34,835 bases of DNA from an uncultured archaeon (lineage in GTDB: Archaea > Asgardarchaeota > Lokiarchaeia > Sigyniarchaeales > SOKP01), in the NCBI GenBank assembly GCA_964505645.1, contig CAZDJH010000001.1, positions 1 through 34,835 of the forward strand, given 5' to 3'. A program made the translations under genes and the position numbers. The first letter of the stretch is position 1. Each line of letters begins with the position of its first letter. The notes beneath the pieces were generated by a model. It was not told where the DNA came from. It saw only the letters and a program-made list of their open reading frames with translations, and ran no database searches. Of this stretch, positions 9,014 through 17,953 are shown one piece after another.

Positions 9014-9379
9014 TTAAGCTGAAATTCTTAAAGCTGCCTTATGAATGTCTGACGCCATTATTCGCTTTCTTTTAGCATCATCCACTATTCTTAATGCTCG
9101 TTTTGTCGTATCTGATGCCTCTTTTTCTAAGAATTTGATTAAAGTGTTAACAGCTTCAGATGCAACTAAGTTTGCCCCTTTTTCTTTCATTAGTCGTCGG
9201 ATGGGGGCTTTTGCGATATATCCTTCAGATTTAGCAGCAGGTTTTTTTGCTGTGGTCTTTTTTACTGGAGCTTTTTTAGTCGTGGTAGTCTTTTTTGCTG
9301 CTGGTTTTTTAGTGGTATTTCCTTTTTTGGTTGCGGTTTTTTTTGTGGTGGTCTTTTTAGAAGTTGCTTTTTTTGGCAT
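9014..9379 (-). CDS. Archaeal histone-fold protein with a long Lys/Thr/Ala-rich N-terminal tail
   Basis: Residues ~55-121 (IAKAPIRRLMKEKGANLVASEAVNTLIKFLEKEASDTTKRALRIVDDAKRKRIMASDIHKAALRI) align with the HMf-type histone fold (PIAPIGRI...ARHAGRKTIKAEDI). Residues 1-50 carry 19 Lys, 14 Thr and no acidic residue. Confidence 0.85.
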   Translation of the reverse strand: MPKKATSKKTTTKKTATKKGNTTKKPAAKKTTTTKKAPVKKTTAKKPAAKSEGYIAKAPIRRLMKEKGANLVASEAVNTLIKFLEKEASDTTKRALRIVDDAKRKRIMASDIHKAALRISA

Positions 9380-9803
9380 TTTTTTTTTCCTTTTCTATTT
9401 TTTGTTTTTTTTAATTTACTTTAAGTTATTTCAAATATAATGAATACTTACCTAGTATTTAAACATTCCGTTTTTTGGTTAAAAATAAAGAGGAATAGAA
9501 TTAATTTAATAAAGTTTAATTGATAATAACATGATTATATTTCTTTTTCATATAATTTTCATCCTTCAGAGGTACTATAACCTATTTAATTTAATAAAAG
9601 TTTAGTATCTAACATAATATAGGGAAGAAAATAACGCCTTTATTTTATATAATAAGGAAATAAATAATTTATGTATTGAGAATTGCCCTTATGATGTATT
9701 TGAATCCAAACCCCGCAAAGTCTACTATGATGCGGCAATTGGGAAGAAAATAAGGTTAAAAGAATAAAAAAAGGAAAATACTAAATTTAAGAAGAGGAGA
9801 GGG

Positions 9804-10010
9804 TTATCGCTTAAAAAGTCCAATAATGAACCCGCCTATCGCGGCTATTAGACCCCCTATCGCAGCAAGAGCCATCCCCGCGAGTATATTCCATATATTA
9901 GTGCCCGCATTTCCCGTGCTAACGCCTCCGATAAATGCGATTAAACCTCCAATAATCAAGACTAAAACACCAATCCATTTGACGCTTTCTTTATTTATAC
10001 TTTCACTCAT
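9804..10010 (-). CDS. Small glycine-zipper membrane protein (68 aa)
   Basis: Two hydrophobic helices carry GxxxG-type repeats (IIGGLIAFIGG, AIGGLIAAIGGFIIG). The antisense ORF 9826-10026 is its shadow. Confidence 0.45.
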   Translation of the reverse strand: MSESINKESVKWIGVLVLIIGGLIAFIGGVSTGNAGTNIWNILAGMALAAIGGLIAAIGGFIIGLFKR

Positions 10011-10190
10011 ATACCTTAACCTTTAATGTTGTTAATAATATTAGACAACGAAATTTTACTTTAATTAGCTAATTAAATGGTTTTTATTAAAAGTTATGGT
10101 TGAAATAGGGTAAAAACCATTTCTTTTTGAAGCATTAATATATATTAATAGTATAACTTAAGCTATTTTAAAGAATAAGGTTGGACAAGC

Positions 10191-10937
10191 TTGAAATTCC
10201 GACGAGAGAAGTTTGGAATAAAATTTAACTATCTTTATGAAATTTTAGCCACATCATTCTCATATAATACTTCTGAAGATTCTCTTATTCCTAATACAGC
10301 ATCTATGGGAATCAGGTTGATAAAAGATAATCATTTTTTAATTAAACCTTATCCCAAAACACACACATTTAAAAACTTAATAAAAACAAGAGTTATAACA
10401 TTAAATTTCGTTGGAGATGTTTACTTATATGCTTTAGCTTCATTAAAAGATGAAAAATCATCAAGAATATCAAATAAGTTTCCACTTGAGTACTATAAAT
10501 ATAAGAATCTCTACAGATATAATGAGTTAAGACAATTATTTAGAAATATATCTCCCTTTAAAACATATAATAAGATACCTTATGTAAAGCAAGCATGGGG
10601 AATAGTCATATGCAAGGTGGTAGATGAAAAGAAAAGAGTTAAAAAGAATGAATTGGGAGAAATTTCTTTAATTGAATTTGAATTAGAAACTATTTTTCAA
10701 GATAAAATATCTGATTCATTTGGACTATTTAATAGAGCAGAGAACCTAGCACTGGAAATGGTAATCTTGGCAACAAGATTAAAGGTAGCCAACATAAAAA
10801 ATAATCAAGAATCAAGTTCGGAAATCTACAGTCAGATATTAGCATATAAAGAGAAATTAAGACGCTTTTCTAAGAATGAAAGCGTTAATAAAACAGTAAC
10901 ATTAATTGAAAAATATATTGAAATTTATAAGATTTAA
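10191..10937 (+). CDS. DUF447-family protein (flavin-reductase-like split barrel); TTG start
   Basis: YEILATSFS...IPNTASMGIRL...PYPKTHTFKNLIKTRVITLNFVGDVYLY matches my recollection of the DUF447 N-terminal pattern (E.I.tT...pN.APMG...T..Nl....vvN...D). There is no in-frame ATG before residue 39, and an in-frame stop lies at 10176-10178, so TTG at 10191 is the likely start. Confidence 0.5.
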   Translation: MKFRREKFGIKFNYLYEILATSFSYNTSEDSLIPNTASMGIRLIKDNHFLIKPYPKTHTFKNLIKTRVITLNFVGDVYLYALASLKDEKSSRISNKFPLEYYKYKNLYRYNELRQLFRNISPFKTYNKIPYVKQAWGIVICKVVDEKKRVKKNELGEISLIEFELETIFQDKISDSFGLFNRAENLALEMVILATRLKVANIKNNQESSSEIYSQILAYKEKLRRFSKNESVNKTVTLIEKYIEIYKI

Positions 10938-10942
10938 TTCTA

Positions 10943-12190
10943 ATGTCCAAAAGAAGGTTAAGGGAAGTAGTTATAATTGACGGTGTGCGAACACCTATAG
11001 GATATTTTGGAAAATCTTTGAAAAACGTTCCAGCGGTTGAATTGGGGGCGATTGTTATCAGAGAATCGATAAAAAGGGCAGGAATTTCAGAGAATCTCGT
11101 GGAGGATGTAATTATGGGGGCAATTCACCAAGAGGGGATGGGAAATAATCCCGCTCGGATTGCTTCCCTTAAGGCTGGAATCCGCCCCACATCTGGTGCA
11201 CTCACGGTAAATAATGTGTGCTCTTCGGGTATGAAATCAGTGGAGATTGCTTATAGACAGATCGCAATAGGTGAAAACGATATAATTATTGCGGGAGGGA
11301 TGGAAAGTAATAGCCAATGCCCTTATATGTTAATGAACGCACGCTGGGGAAGTAAATTAAGGAATGAAAAATTAGTAGATGCTCTGTTTTACGATGGTTT
11401 CGAAGATACATATGGAGTGTATGGAAATTATAATCACGTAGGAGAAACCGCTGAAAATATTATTGAAAATGCCAAAGAACTATGTATGAAATACGCATTA
11501 AAACCAGTTAATCTTAGGTTTAACGATATTAATAAATTTGCGCTGAGGAGCCATAAAAAATACTTTCGGGCTAGAAAAAGAAACTTTTTTGAGGAAATTA
11601 CGCCTATTAAGATGAACTATAAGAATAAAACAGTTAAACTAATTCATGATGAAAGCCCACGAGAGAACATTTCTTTGGAAAAGCTTAATAGGTTAAGCCC
11701 TGTTTTTAGGAGAGAAGGGTGCGTAACCGCAGGCACTACTCCGCCATTAAATGATGGGGCCGCAGCCCTGATTATCGCATCTCGAGAAAAAGCAGAAGAA
11801 TTAAATTTAATTCCATTAGGTACTATAAGAGCATTTGCCCCAGGAAATGTGGAACCTGAATATATGGGATTAGGGCCTATTCCCGCAATTCGAAATCTGC
11901 TTAAAAAAACCAATAAAGAATTATCTGATATCGATATTTTTGAAATAAATGAGGCTCAAGCTCAACAAGTTTTATTTTGTATTAAAGGTTTAGGAATTGA
12001 TATTGAGAAGGTCAATGTGCACGGGGGAGCCATTGCTATAGGACACCCCCCCGGCATGACCGGTACACGTTTAATATTGACAGCACTTTATTCGCTCAAG
12101 GGAAGAAATAAAAAGTATGCCGTATGCTCACAATGCGCAGGAGGGGGAACTGGTATGGCAAGCTTGATAGAATCTTATTTAAATGATTAA
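10943..12190 (+). CDS. Acetyl-CoA C-acetyltransferase (type-II thiolase)
   Basis: VNNVCSSGMKSVE holds the acyl-Cys. NVHGGAIAIGHPPGMTGTRL and CAGGGTGMA are the C-terminal His and Cys signatures. The gene starts 5 nt after the DUF447 stop. Confidence 0.9.
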   Translation: MSKRRLREVVIIDGVRTPIGYFGKSLKNVPAVELGAIVIRESIKRAGISENLVEDVIMGAIHQEGMGNNPARIASLKAGIRPTSGALTVNNVCSSGMKSVEIAYRQIAIGENDIIIAGGMESNSQCPYMLMNARWGSKLRNEKLVDALFYDGFEDTYGVYGNYNHVGETAENIIENAKELCMKYALKPVNLRFNDINKFALRSHKKYFRARKRNFFEEITPIKMNYKNKTVKLIHDESPRENISLEKLNRLSPVFRREGCVTAGTTPPLNDGAAALIIASREKAEELNLIPLGTIRAFAPGNVEPEYMGLGPIPAIRNLLKKTNKELSDIDIFEINEAQAQQVLFCIKGLGIDIEKVNVHGGAIAIGHPPGMTGTRLILTALYSLKGRNKKYAVCSQCAGGGTGMASLIESYLND

Positions 12191-12237
12191 TTCCAACATA
12201 TGTTGTTTTAATCTTAAATCTCTATTGTTATCTATTT

Positions 12238-12627
12238 CTAATCGTCAATCTTTTCTATATACATTAGGGGATAATCTAAGTCCTTCACCCAATCTATTTT
12301 TGCAACCAATTCTACGGATTTAAATTTAATAAATAGTGTTGCCCTAATAATTTTCCCAGTAATTTCATCGTAATCGTACTCGTGAATTTTATCTCCCATG
12401 ATCTTTTCTCTTCTTAGATTTACCTTTACATCTTTCACATATGGCTGACAAGAGATTGAGGATTCGATTCCTTTTTCTATTGATGAAATTACTTGATCAT
12501 TATTTGAAATAGGAATTCCGCATAAAATATGATAAAGTGCCCCAAGTTTAATTCCTGCCTCAAAGCTAGCCCTTTCTCTCTCACTTAGAGAGGGAGCAAA
12601 AAAGTCATTATCACTCATTTCACTCAT
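12238..12627 (-). CDS. mptD: Archaeal-type dihydroneopterin aldolase (MptD-like)
   Basis: ERASFEAGIKLGALYHILCGIPIS...CQPYVKDVKVNL matches the MptD family core as I recall it (FEAGIKLGALYHQF.GtP). The size is about 129 aa. It overlaps the stop of the upstream beta-RFAP synthase gene by 8 nt. Confidence 0.6.
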   Translation of the reverse strand: MSEMSDNDFFAPSLSERERASFEAGIKLGALYHILCGIPISNNDQVISSIEKGIESSISCQPYVKDVKVNLRREKIMGDKIHEYDYDEITGKIIRATLFIKFKSVELVAKIDWVKDLDYPLMYIEKIDD

Positions 12628-13642
12628 CTAAAATTTCGTAGGTTGCTCCGATATTATTGGGTTTTGAAAGATAAAAATGACCTCCTACGTCTTCTAATTG
12701 ATGTTTCACGGCCTTAATAAGGTCTTTTGCTTCAGATTCAGATTCTGTTATCCCCACTACGCTGGGGCCAAACGAGCTCATGCCATGAGCTTTAACGCCA
12801 TAATCGTCCATAAAGGATAGCAGATTTTTAACTACGGGATCTTGGAGTTGTATTTCACGCCTTTTAAATCCTATTGATTGGACCTTCTTTAAGCCCTCTC
12901 CAAAACATTTTAAATCGTTTTTAAGAATACCCGGAATAATTTTCATTAAAATTTGATGGGAGACTTCGTTTACTTCATTTTTTGGAATTGGGGTATAAGA
13001 TTGAAAAATAGAGACCTCCTCATCGCCGTAAGCGCCCTTTCTCACATTAGGTATCGCAACAACAAATCTCCAATTTTCTGGTATATCATATCGAAAAATT
13101 GTCAATGCAGGGTCCGCTGAAGTTGCTGCTGAGGATGGTAAAAAGGTTTCTTTCTCTTGTCCCTCCCCAAAGTCGTGTCCTCCGTCTATTATAAAGCCTC
13201 CCGTCTTAAAGCCGCGCCATCCTATACCCGATGTACCCCCTCGACCCATAATATTCGTTAATGTTTTATGGGATACGTCTAATTTCTTCAATTTTGCTAT
13301 TGCTGTGGCTATAGCAAGGGATAATTGAGTTTTGGAACCAAGGCCTACATGAGAAGGGTAATATTGCTTAAGCTTAAAGTGAAAATTCTTATTATTTATC
13401 TTAAATAGCTTAAATATTCTTGATGCTTTCTCATTTATAACATCAATAGATTCTCGATAATAATGGTGTGCCTCAATTTTAAACTCTTTTGCAGAATTGG
13501 TAGCTTCAAACATTACATTTGGTTTATCAAGCATTAACCCAATCCCGCCATCAACTCTGCCAGTATATCCATTCTCATCAATTAATGATAAATGGATCCG
13601 ACAAGGAGTTGTTATTCTAACTTTAATCTTAATCTTCACCAA
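12620..13642 (-). CDS. mptG: Beta-ribofuranosylaminobenzene 5'-phosphate (beta-RFAP) synthase, GHMP-kinase fold
   Basis: The N-terminal ITTPCRIHLSLIDENGYTGRVDGGIGLML and the GHMP motif SHVGLGSKTQLSLAIATAI match the GLGSGTQL-type variant characteristic of beta-RFAP synthases. Confidence 0.75.
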   Translation of the reverse strand: MVKIKIKVRITTPCRIHLSLIDENGYTGRVDGGIGLMLDKPNVMFEATNSAKEFKIEAHHYYRESIDVINEKASRIFKLFKINNKNFHFKLKQYYPSHVGLGSKTQLSLAIATAIAKLKKLDVSHKTLTNIMGRGGTSGIGWRGFKTGGFIIDGGHDFGEGQEKETFLPSSAATSADPALTIFRYDIPENWRFVVAIPNVRKGAYGDEEVSIFQSYTPIPKNEVNEVSHQILMKIIPGILKNDLKCFGEGLKKVQSIGFKRREIQLQDPVVKNLLSFMDDYGVKAHGMSSFGPSVVGITESESEAKDLIKAVKHQLEDVGGHFYLSKPNNIGATYEILDE

Positions 13643-13881
13643 ATTTAATTATTATTATTATTATATACAAATTAACAAATTCAACATCTAAAATTAATAT
13701 TTAATAAAAAAGATTTAGTGAAAAGTAGTGATTTTTATTACCCTTAAAATAGAAAAGCAGAAAAATTATCAAGAGCCTATCAAAAAAGGCATTAATAAGA
13801 TATTATGTTTATATTTAAAAGAATAACGTATAAATTTAAAATATTAGAAAAATTTATCCTTTCTCCCACTTTTAATTATAT

Positions 13882-14541
13882 ATGGGGCTTTTAGTAAGAG
13901 TATCGGGAAAATCAGTTGATGAGATAGATATGTTTCTAAACATTGCAGTTGATAATATTATTTCGGGAAAGATAATAGGTTTTCCAACGAATTCTGTCTA
14001 TGGTCTTGGATGTGATCCGACAAATGTTAATACCATTAATCGTTTGTATAAAATTAAGTTTAGGGACATATCAAAAGGTTTTTTACTATTAGTTTTTAAC
14101 ATTGGCGAGGTAGAAAAGATTGCGGAGGTCAATGATACAGCTAGGAAATTGGCAGCCCATTTTTGGCCCGGAGAATTATCTCTGATCCTAAAGAGAAAAT
14201 CCTATAATATTATTCCATCTGAAGTAACGGGCAATAGAGACACAATTGGTCTTAGAGTACCAGAAAATGAAATTGTCCGGGAAATACTAAACAAACTCAT
14301 CATAAGAGGTCATTTTGGAGGTATAGTGGGAACATCAGCTAATTATGCAGGGGAACCCCCTTGCACGAGTGGGAGGGAGATCTCAAATACATTCTTAAAT
14401 CCGATTGATTTAATTATCGATTCTGGAGAATCTAAATCTGGAATTCCCACTACGATCGTGGATTGTACAGATACAGATATAAAAATACTTAGAGAGGGAA
14501 AAATTACAGAAGAAGAAATACGTCAAGTCATTTCAATATAA
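13882..14541 (+). CDS. tsaC: L-threonylcarbamoyladenylate synthase, YrdC-domain only (TsaC/Sua5 family)
   Basis: Matching motifs: IIGFPTNSVYGLGCDPTN, HFWPGELSLIL, IGLRVPEN, GTSANYAGEPP and IPTTIVDCT. Confidence 0.85.
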   Translation: MGLLVRVSGKSVDEIDMFLNIAVDNIISGKIIGFPTNSVYGLGCDPTNVNTINRLYKIKFRDISKGFLLLVFNIGEVEKIAEVNDTARKLAAHFWPGELSLILKRKSYNIIPSEVTGNRDTIGLRVPENEIVREILNKLIIRGHFGGIVGTSANYAGEPPCTSGREISNTFLNPIDLIIDSGESKSGIPTTIVDCTDTDIKILREGKITEEEIRQVISI

Positions 14542-14575
14542 TATTTTAACTAAAAATCAGAATAATTATAATAAA

Positions 14576-15094
14576 ATGAAGAACTTTAAATTATTAGTCT
14601 CAACGCCTCGATACAATGAAGTTGATGCTAAAGGAGAACTCTGGTTTACTCTATTAATATGTGGAGATAAATATCCTATTATTTCCAACTTAAAACTTAG
14701 GGGTCTGATTACTGCTTTTACTAAGTTGAATATATCGGATTTAATTGAAACGGTTAAAAATATTTTAAAGGAGGATCCCTCATTCTTTAAATATATTCTA
14801 AAAGTAGTTCCAATCCAATATGTTTGTGATACTGATTTAAAACTAATTAAAAGCATTATAAGAGAGCACCAAGGATCCTACATCAATAAAAATGATACAT
14901 TTAGAATAAGGTTAAATCGAAGAGATAATGAATTTATCGAGCGAAATGTTCTAATTAATGAAATAGCAAGCCTCTTTAAGAACCCCGTAGATTTAGAGAA
15001 TCCCGATAAAATTGTGAGGATTGAGATGCTTGATACAATATGTGGAATCTCATTTCTGGAGAGAGGAGATGTTATCCGTCCCAAAAGTAATTAA
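14576..15094 (+). CDS. Small THUMP-domain RNA-binding protein
   Basis: A ferredoxin-like N-terminal region is followed by FRIRLNRRDNEF...VDLENPDKIVRIEMLDTICGISFL, which is typical of the THUMP C-terminal strands. Confidence 0.5.
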   Translation: MKNFKLLVSTPRYNEVDAKGELWFTLLICGDKYPIISNLKLRGLITAFTKLNISDLIETVKNILKEDPSFFKYILKVVPIQYVCDTDLKLIKSIIREHQGSYINKNDTFRIRLNRRDNEFIERNVLINEIASLFKNPVDLENPDKIVRIEMLDTICGISFLERGDVIRPKSN

Positions 15095-15100
15095 AAAAAA

Positions 15101-15604
15101 TTAAGTTTTAGATTCAACTTTTTCCTTTATTTCATTTGTAAAATTCTCTAATTGTTGATCAATTTTATTCTCTTTAATTTCTTGTTCAACAAAGCCATAC
15201 ACCACTAATGGTTCTCTTCCAGATGCGTTTATAACCCCTCTGGTAGCCTTCTTAAATTCTCCTCCCTTAGAGGTAAAATATACTATTATTTCTTTAAAAT
15301 GATCTTTATTGTTTTTAAGATAGGTTTTTATAGCAGGAGTTACATTTCCACCCCATATGGGAGATCCTAAGATAATGAAATCGTAATTACTCGGTTTCTT
15401 TTTCAGATTTTCAATCTCCGTTAAATTCCCTTTTTTAGCATCATATCCTGCCTTGATCCAACCAATTATTCCTGACCTGTTTTTTTTGTCCACAATTCTT
15501 TCCAAATCTATATTAAGCCGTTCTGAAATCTTCTCTGCTACTTTTTTGGTGTTCCCTGTCCTTGAATAATACGAAATTAATCCTTTCATAATTTTCAAAC
15601 TCAA
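15101..15604 (-). CDS. Flavodoxin-like protein
   Basis: LISYYSRTGNTKKVAEKI is the FMN phosphate-binding loop. FIILGSPIWGG is the second FMN loop. Confidence 0.75.
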   Translation of the reverse strand: MSLKIMKGLISYYSRTGNTKKVAEKISERLNIDLERIVDKKNRSGIIGWIKAGYDAKKGNLTEIENLKKKPSNYDFIILGSPIWGGNVTPAIKTYLKNNKDHFKEIIVYFTSKGGEFKKATRGVINASGREPLVVYGFVEQEIKENKIDQQLENFTNEIKEKVESKT

Positions 15605-15671
15605 ATTGTAATTGAATTAATATAAAAATACATTATATAAAAAGATATTAATTTCTTATGAGTTTCCTATT

Positions 15672-16316
15672 TTAATGGACTTCAAGGCTTAACAAAACCA
15701 TTTTCTCTACTACTAAATGTGAGAGAGCTTTAAATAAAACAAGCAAATCCTCTTTATTGCCTAAGTCTGTTTCACCCTCTGCGCCTAGGGTGGTTATCAT
15801 CGTGACAATTTGAGTATCAGTAAAATTAAAATATTGTTTTATTCTCTTGAATTTTTCAGCGGTGTAATCATTAAAAGGGGTCGGTTTCTCTACATAATCG
15901 AAATTCTTTAAAAACTCGCGATTTATTTTCTCTGCATCTTCATTATTTGAAACAATACAATAATTTAATTGTCCTTCGTTAAATTCCCGAGAACTCAACC
16001 CGAATATTTCAAGCCCTTCTCGTATTTGATGACTGGCAGATAAGAAAAGGAGTAATTCTATACTTGGTCTGTGAGAAATAAGCGTTTCTCTGTGATATGC
16101 CTTGAGAGAATAATAGATGGCATACATCAGATGATTTTTATTAATTAAATATCGCGTGCTGAAGATTTGAATAATGGGCCTTGGATATTTTTTCTGTAAT
16201 CTCTTTAAAATATTGAATAGTTCCTCTTGCGAAAGGAGTGCCTCATTGAATTCGATCGTATTGACAATAACGGCATAATCCATATCTTTTTCTAATCTTA
16301 ATTTTATTTGATTCAT
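15672..16316 (-). CDS. cgi121: KEOPS subunit Cgi121 (start moved to Met35 of the tracked ORF)
   Basis: IQIFSTRYLINKNHLMYAIYYSLKAY, HRPSIELLLFLSASHQIREGLEIFGL and the C-terminal LVVEKMVLLSL fit the CGI-121 family pattern. The ATG at 16316-16314 overlaps the ecfT TGA (16315-16313) as ATGA. Confidence 0.65.
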   Translation of the reverse strand: MNQIKLRLEKDMDYAVIVNTIEFNEALLSQEELFNILKRLQKKYPRPIIQIFSTRYLINKNHLMYAIYYSLKAYHRETLISHRPSIELLLFLSASHQIREGLEIFGLSSREFNEGQLNYCIVSNNEDAEKINREFLKNFDYVEKPTPFNDYTAEKFKRIKQYFNFTDTQIVTMITTLGAEGETDLGNKEDLLVLFKALSHLVVEKMVLLSLEVH

Positions 16317-17080
16317 ACTGGTAGGTTCCACCTCATCCAAATCGGCATTAAATGGAAATATACTCTTATAAAAATTGAAATTATTAATATAATAATGAGA
16401 AAAACCGTAAAAATCCAATCCTTATAGGAAAATTGGATTGTGTAATAGTAAGTCCTCTCCTTTTTACTCCCAAATGCCCTCGATTCTAAGGCTTCCGCCA
16501 CATTAAATGCCCTTCTTATAGCACAAATTATTAGGGGGATTAAAAGCGGAAAGAGGTTTTTTACTTGGTTAATTAAGCCCTTTTTTTGGAGCTCATAACC
16601 TCTACTTTGCTGAGCGTCAATGATATTTTGAGCTTCAAAAGATATCGTCGGGACGAATCGAAACGCAAGTGAGAAGCTGAAGGCATAAGGATAAGGGACT
16701 CTCATTGAGATTAAGGATAATGAGAGTTCATTAGGATCCACGGTGAGAAAAAAGATTGAAAATGAAGAAATCATTATAATAATTCTAATGATCATAGCAA
16801 TAGCGTATGATAGAGAAAGAAAAAAGGTATTTAAGATAATTATTAAAATTAATAAGAAGGATAATCCCCTAATACTTTTAATCCATTCTTTACCTAATCT
16901 CCCGTATATAATAATTGGGATTAAAGTTGCCAGTAACATGATTAACGGAATTAAACTGGTAAATATTAAAGCACAAATAGTATAGATGAATGCTAAAAAT
17001 AATTTTGTTCGAGGGTCTAAGTTATGCAAGAACGCATCTTTTTTCAGGAATTTGAATGCGTCTAAGAATTGAATTGACAT
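16313..17080 (-). CDS. ecfT: ECF transporter transmembrane (T) component
   Basis: It is polytopic and carries the coupling-helix Arg motifs AQQSRGYEL and EALESRAFG. It lies directly after the two ECF ATPase genes. Confidence 0.75.
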   Translation of the reverse strand: MSIQFLDAFKFLKKDAFLHNLDPRTKLFLAFIYTICALIFTSLIPLIMLLATLIPIIIYGRLGKEWIKSIRGLSFLLILIIILNTFFLSLSYAIAMIIRIIIMISSFSIFFLTVDPNELSLSLISMRVPYPYAFSFSLAFRFVPTISFEAQNIIDAQQSRGYELQKKGLINQVKNLFPLLIPLIICAIRRAFNVAEALESRAFGSKKERTYYYTIQFSYKDWIFTVFLIIILIISIFIRVYFHLMPIWMRWNLPV

Positions 17081-17950
17081 TTATTGATTTCTCCCTATAT
17101 CATTATAGTAATTAGACTTAAAGTGTTCCGATAAATAGTGAACCATTTCTTTCTGTGTCGATATTTTTTCAGGGACTTCAAGACCAATCTCTTTAAGAGA
17201 TGTTTTTAGACGGACGATTTGGGGTAAAATTAAAGAAGACTTCTTGATTAGGTTTCTATTTTGTAAGATTTCATGAGTAGGCCCATCACCTATAATGGTT
17301 CCATCTGCTATTAATAAAATTCTTGGAATATATTCATAGGCAAATTCTATATTGTGAGTGATGATTATGATTGTTTTCCCTTTAGTAAGTTCATCATTGA
17401 GTAAATTTGTAAAAAACTCCACCCCCTTCTTATCTTGACCTAATGTGGGCTCATCAAATATCAATATATCTGGATCTCGACAAACTACAGAAGCTAGGGC
17501 TAATCTCTTTTTCTCTCCCCCCGATAGTACTAATGGTGAGCGTCCCTCATATCTTTTCAAATAAAACTTTGATAAAACCTTTTCAACCTTTCTTTCAATC
17601 AATTCTTGATTAGTAAATACAGATTTCAAGGAAAATTTTATTTCTTCCTTCACGGTATTTGAAAATAATTGATGATCGGGGTTTTGAAAAACTATACCAA
17701 CCTTCTTTGACAATTCAGCAATCGATTTTAATTCTGCATTCTCCTCATTTATAAAAATAGAGCCCTTTTGGGGTCTTATCAACCCATTTAATGTTTTTAC
17801 CAATGTAGATTTACCTGCTCCATTTGGCCCCATAATACCAATAAATTCCCCAGAGTTTATATTTAAACAAATATCCTTTAGAGCATTGGTACCATTAGGA
17901 TATGAATATTCCACATCATTTACCATAATAAGGGGGCTGTCTTGGGGCAC
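17081..17950 (-). CDS. ecfA2: ECF transporter ATPase subunit (second of pair)
   Basis: Walker A GPNGAGKST, signature SGGEKKR, Walker B ILIFDEPT, and an H-loop ITHN. Confidence 0.85.
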   Translation of the reverse strand: MPQDSPLIMVNDVEYSYPNGTNALKDICLNINSGEFIGIMGPNGAGKSTLVKTLNGLIRPQKGSIFINEENAELKSIAELSKKVGIVFQNPDHQLFSNTVKEEIKFSLKSVFTNQELIERKVEKVLSKFYLKRYEGRSPLVLSGGEKKRLALASVVCRDPDILIFDEPTLGQDKKGVEFFTNLLNDELTKGKTIIIITHNIEFAYEYIPRILLIADGTIIGDGPTHEILQNRNLIKKSSLILPQIVRLKTSLKEIGLEVPEKISTQKEMVHYLSEHFKSNYYNDIGRNQ

Positions 17951-17953
17951 GTT

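Noticed and set aside
9045-9440. 131-aa plus-strand ORF (F/V/A-rich) overlapping the histone gene
   Set aside because: It is the antisense shadow of the Lys/Thr/Ala-rich histone tail and fold. Its low-complexity poly-F/V sequence is produced by reading AAA/ACC/GCA-type codons backwards, and the histone frame has a clear family match.
9501-9604. Direct repeat TTAATTTAATAAAGTTTA / TTAATTTAATAAAAGTTTA (9501-9518 and 9586-9604) upstream of the histone gene
   Set aside because: There are only two copies of a pure A/T low-complexity word in an AT-rich promoter region. The repeat cannot be distinguished from chance or generic TATA-like sequence without comparative data.
9689-9740. Possible C/D-box sRNA (two ATGATG motifs at 9691 and 9727)
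   Set aside because: No CUGA D or D' box is present at the expected spacing on either strand, and there is no terminal stem. ATGATG occurs easily by chance in AT-rich DNA.
16317-16418. 34-codon N-terminal extension of the Cgi121 ORF (tracked as 15672-16418)
   Set aside because: It would overlap the 3' end of ecfT by about 100 nt. The extension (MDFYGFSHYYINNFNFYKSIF...) looks like out-of-frame ecfT sequence. Met35 instead gives a classic ATGA stop/start overlap.
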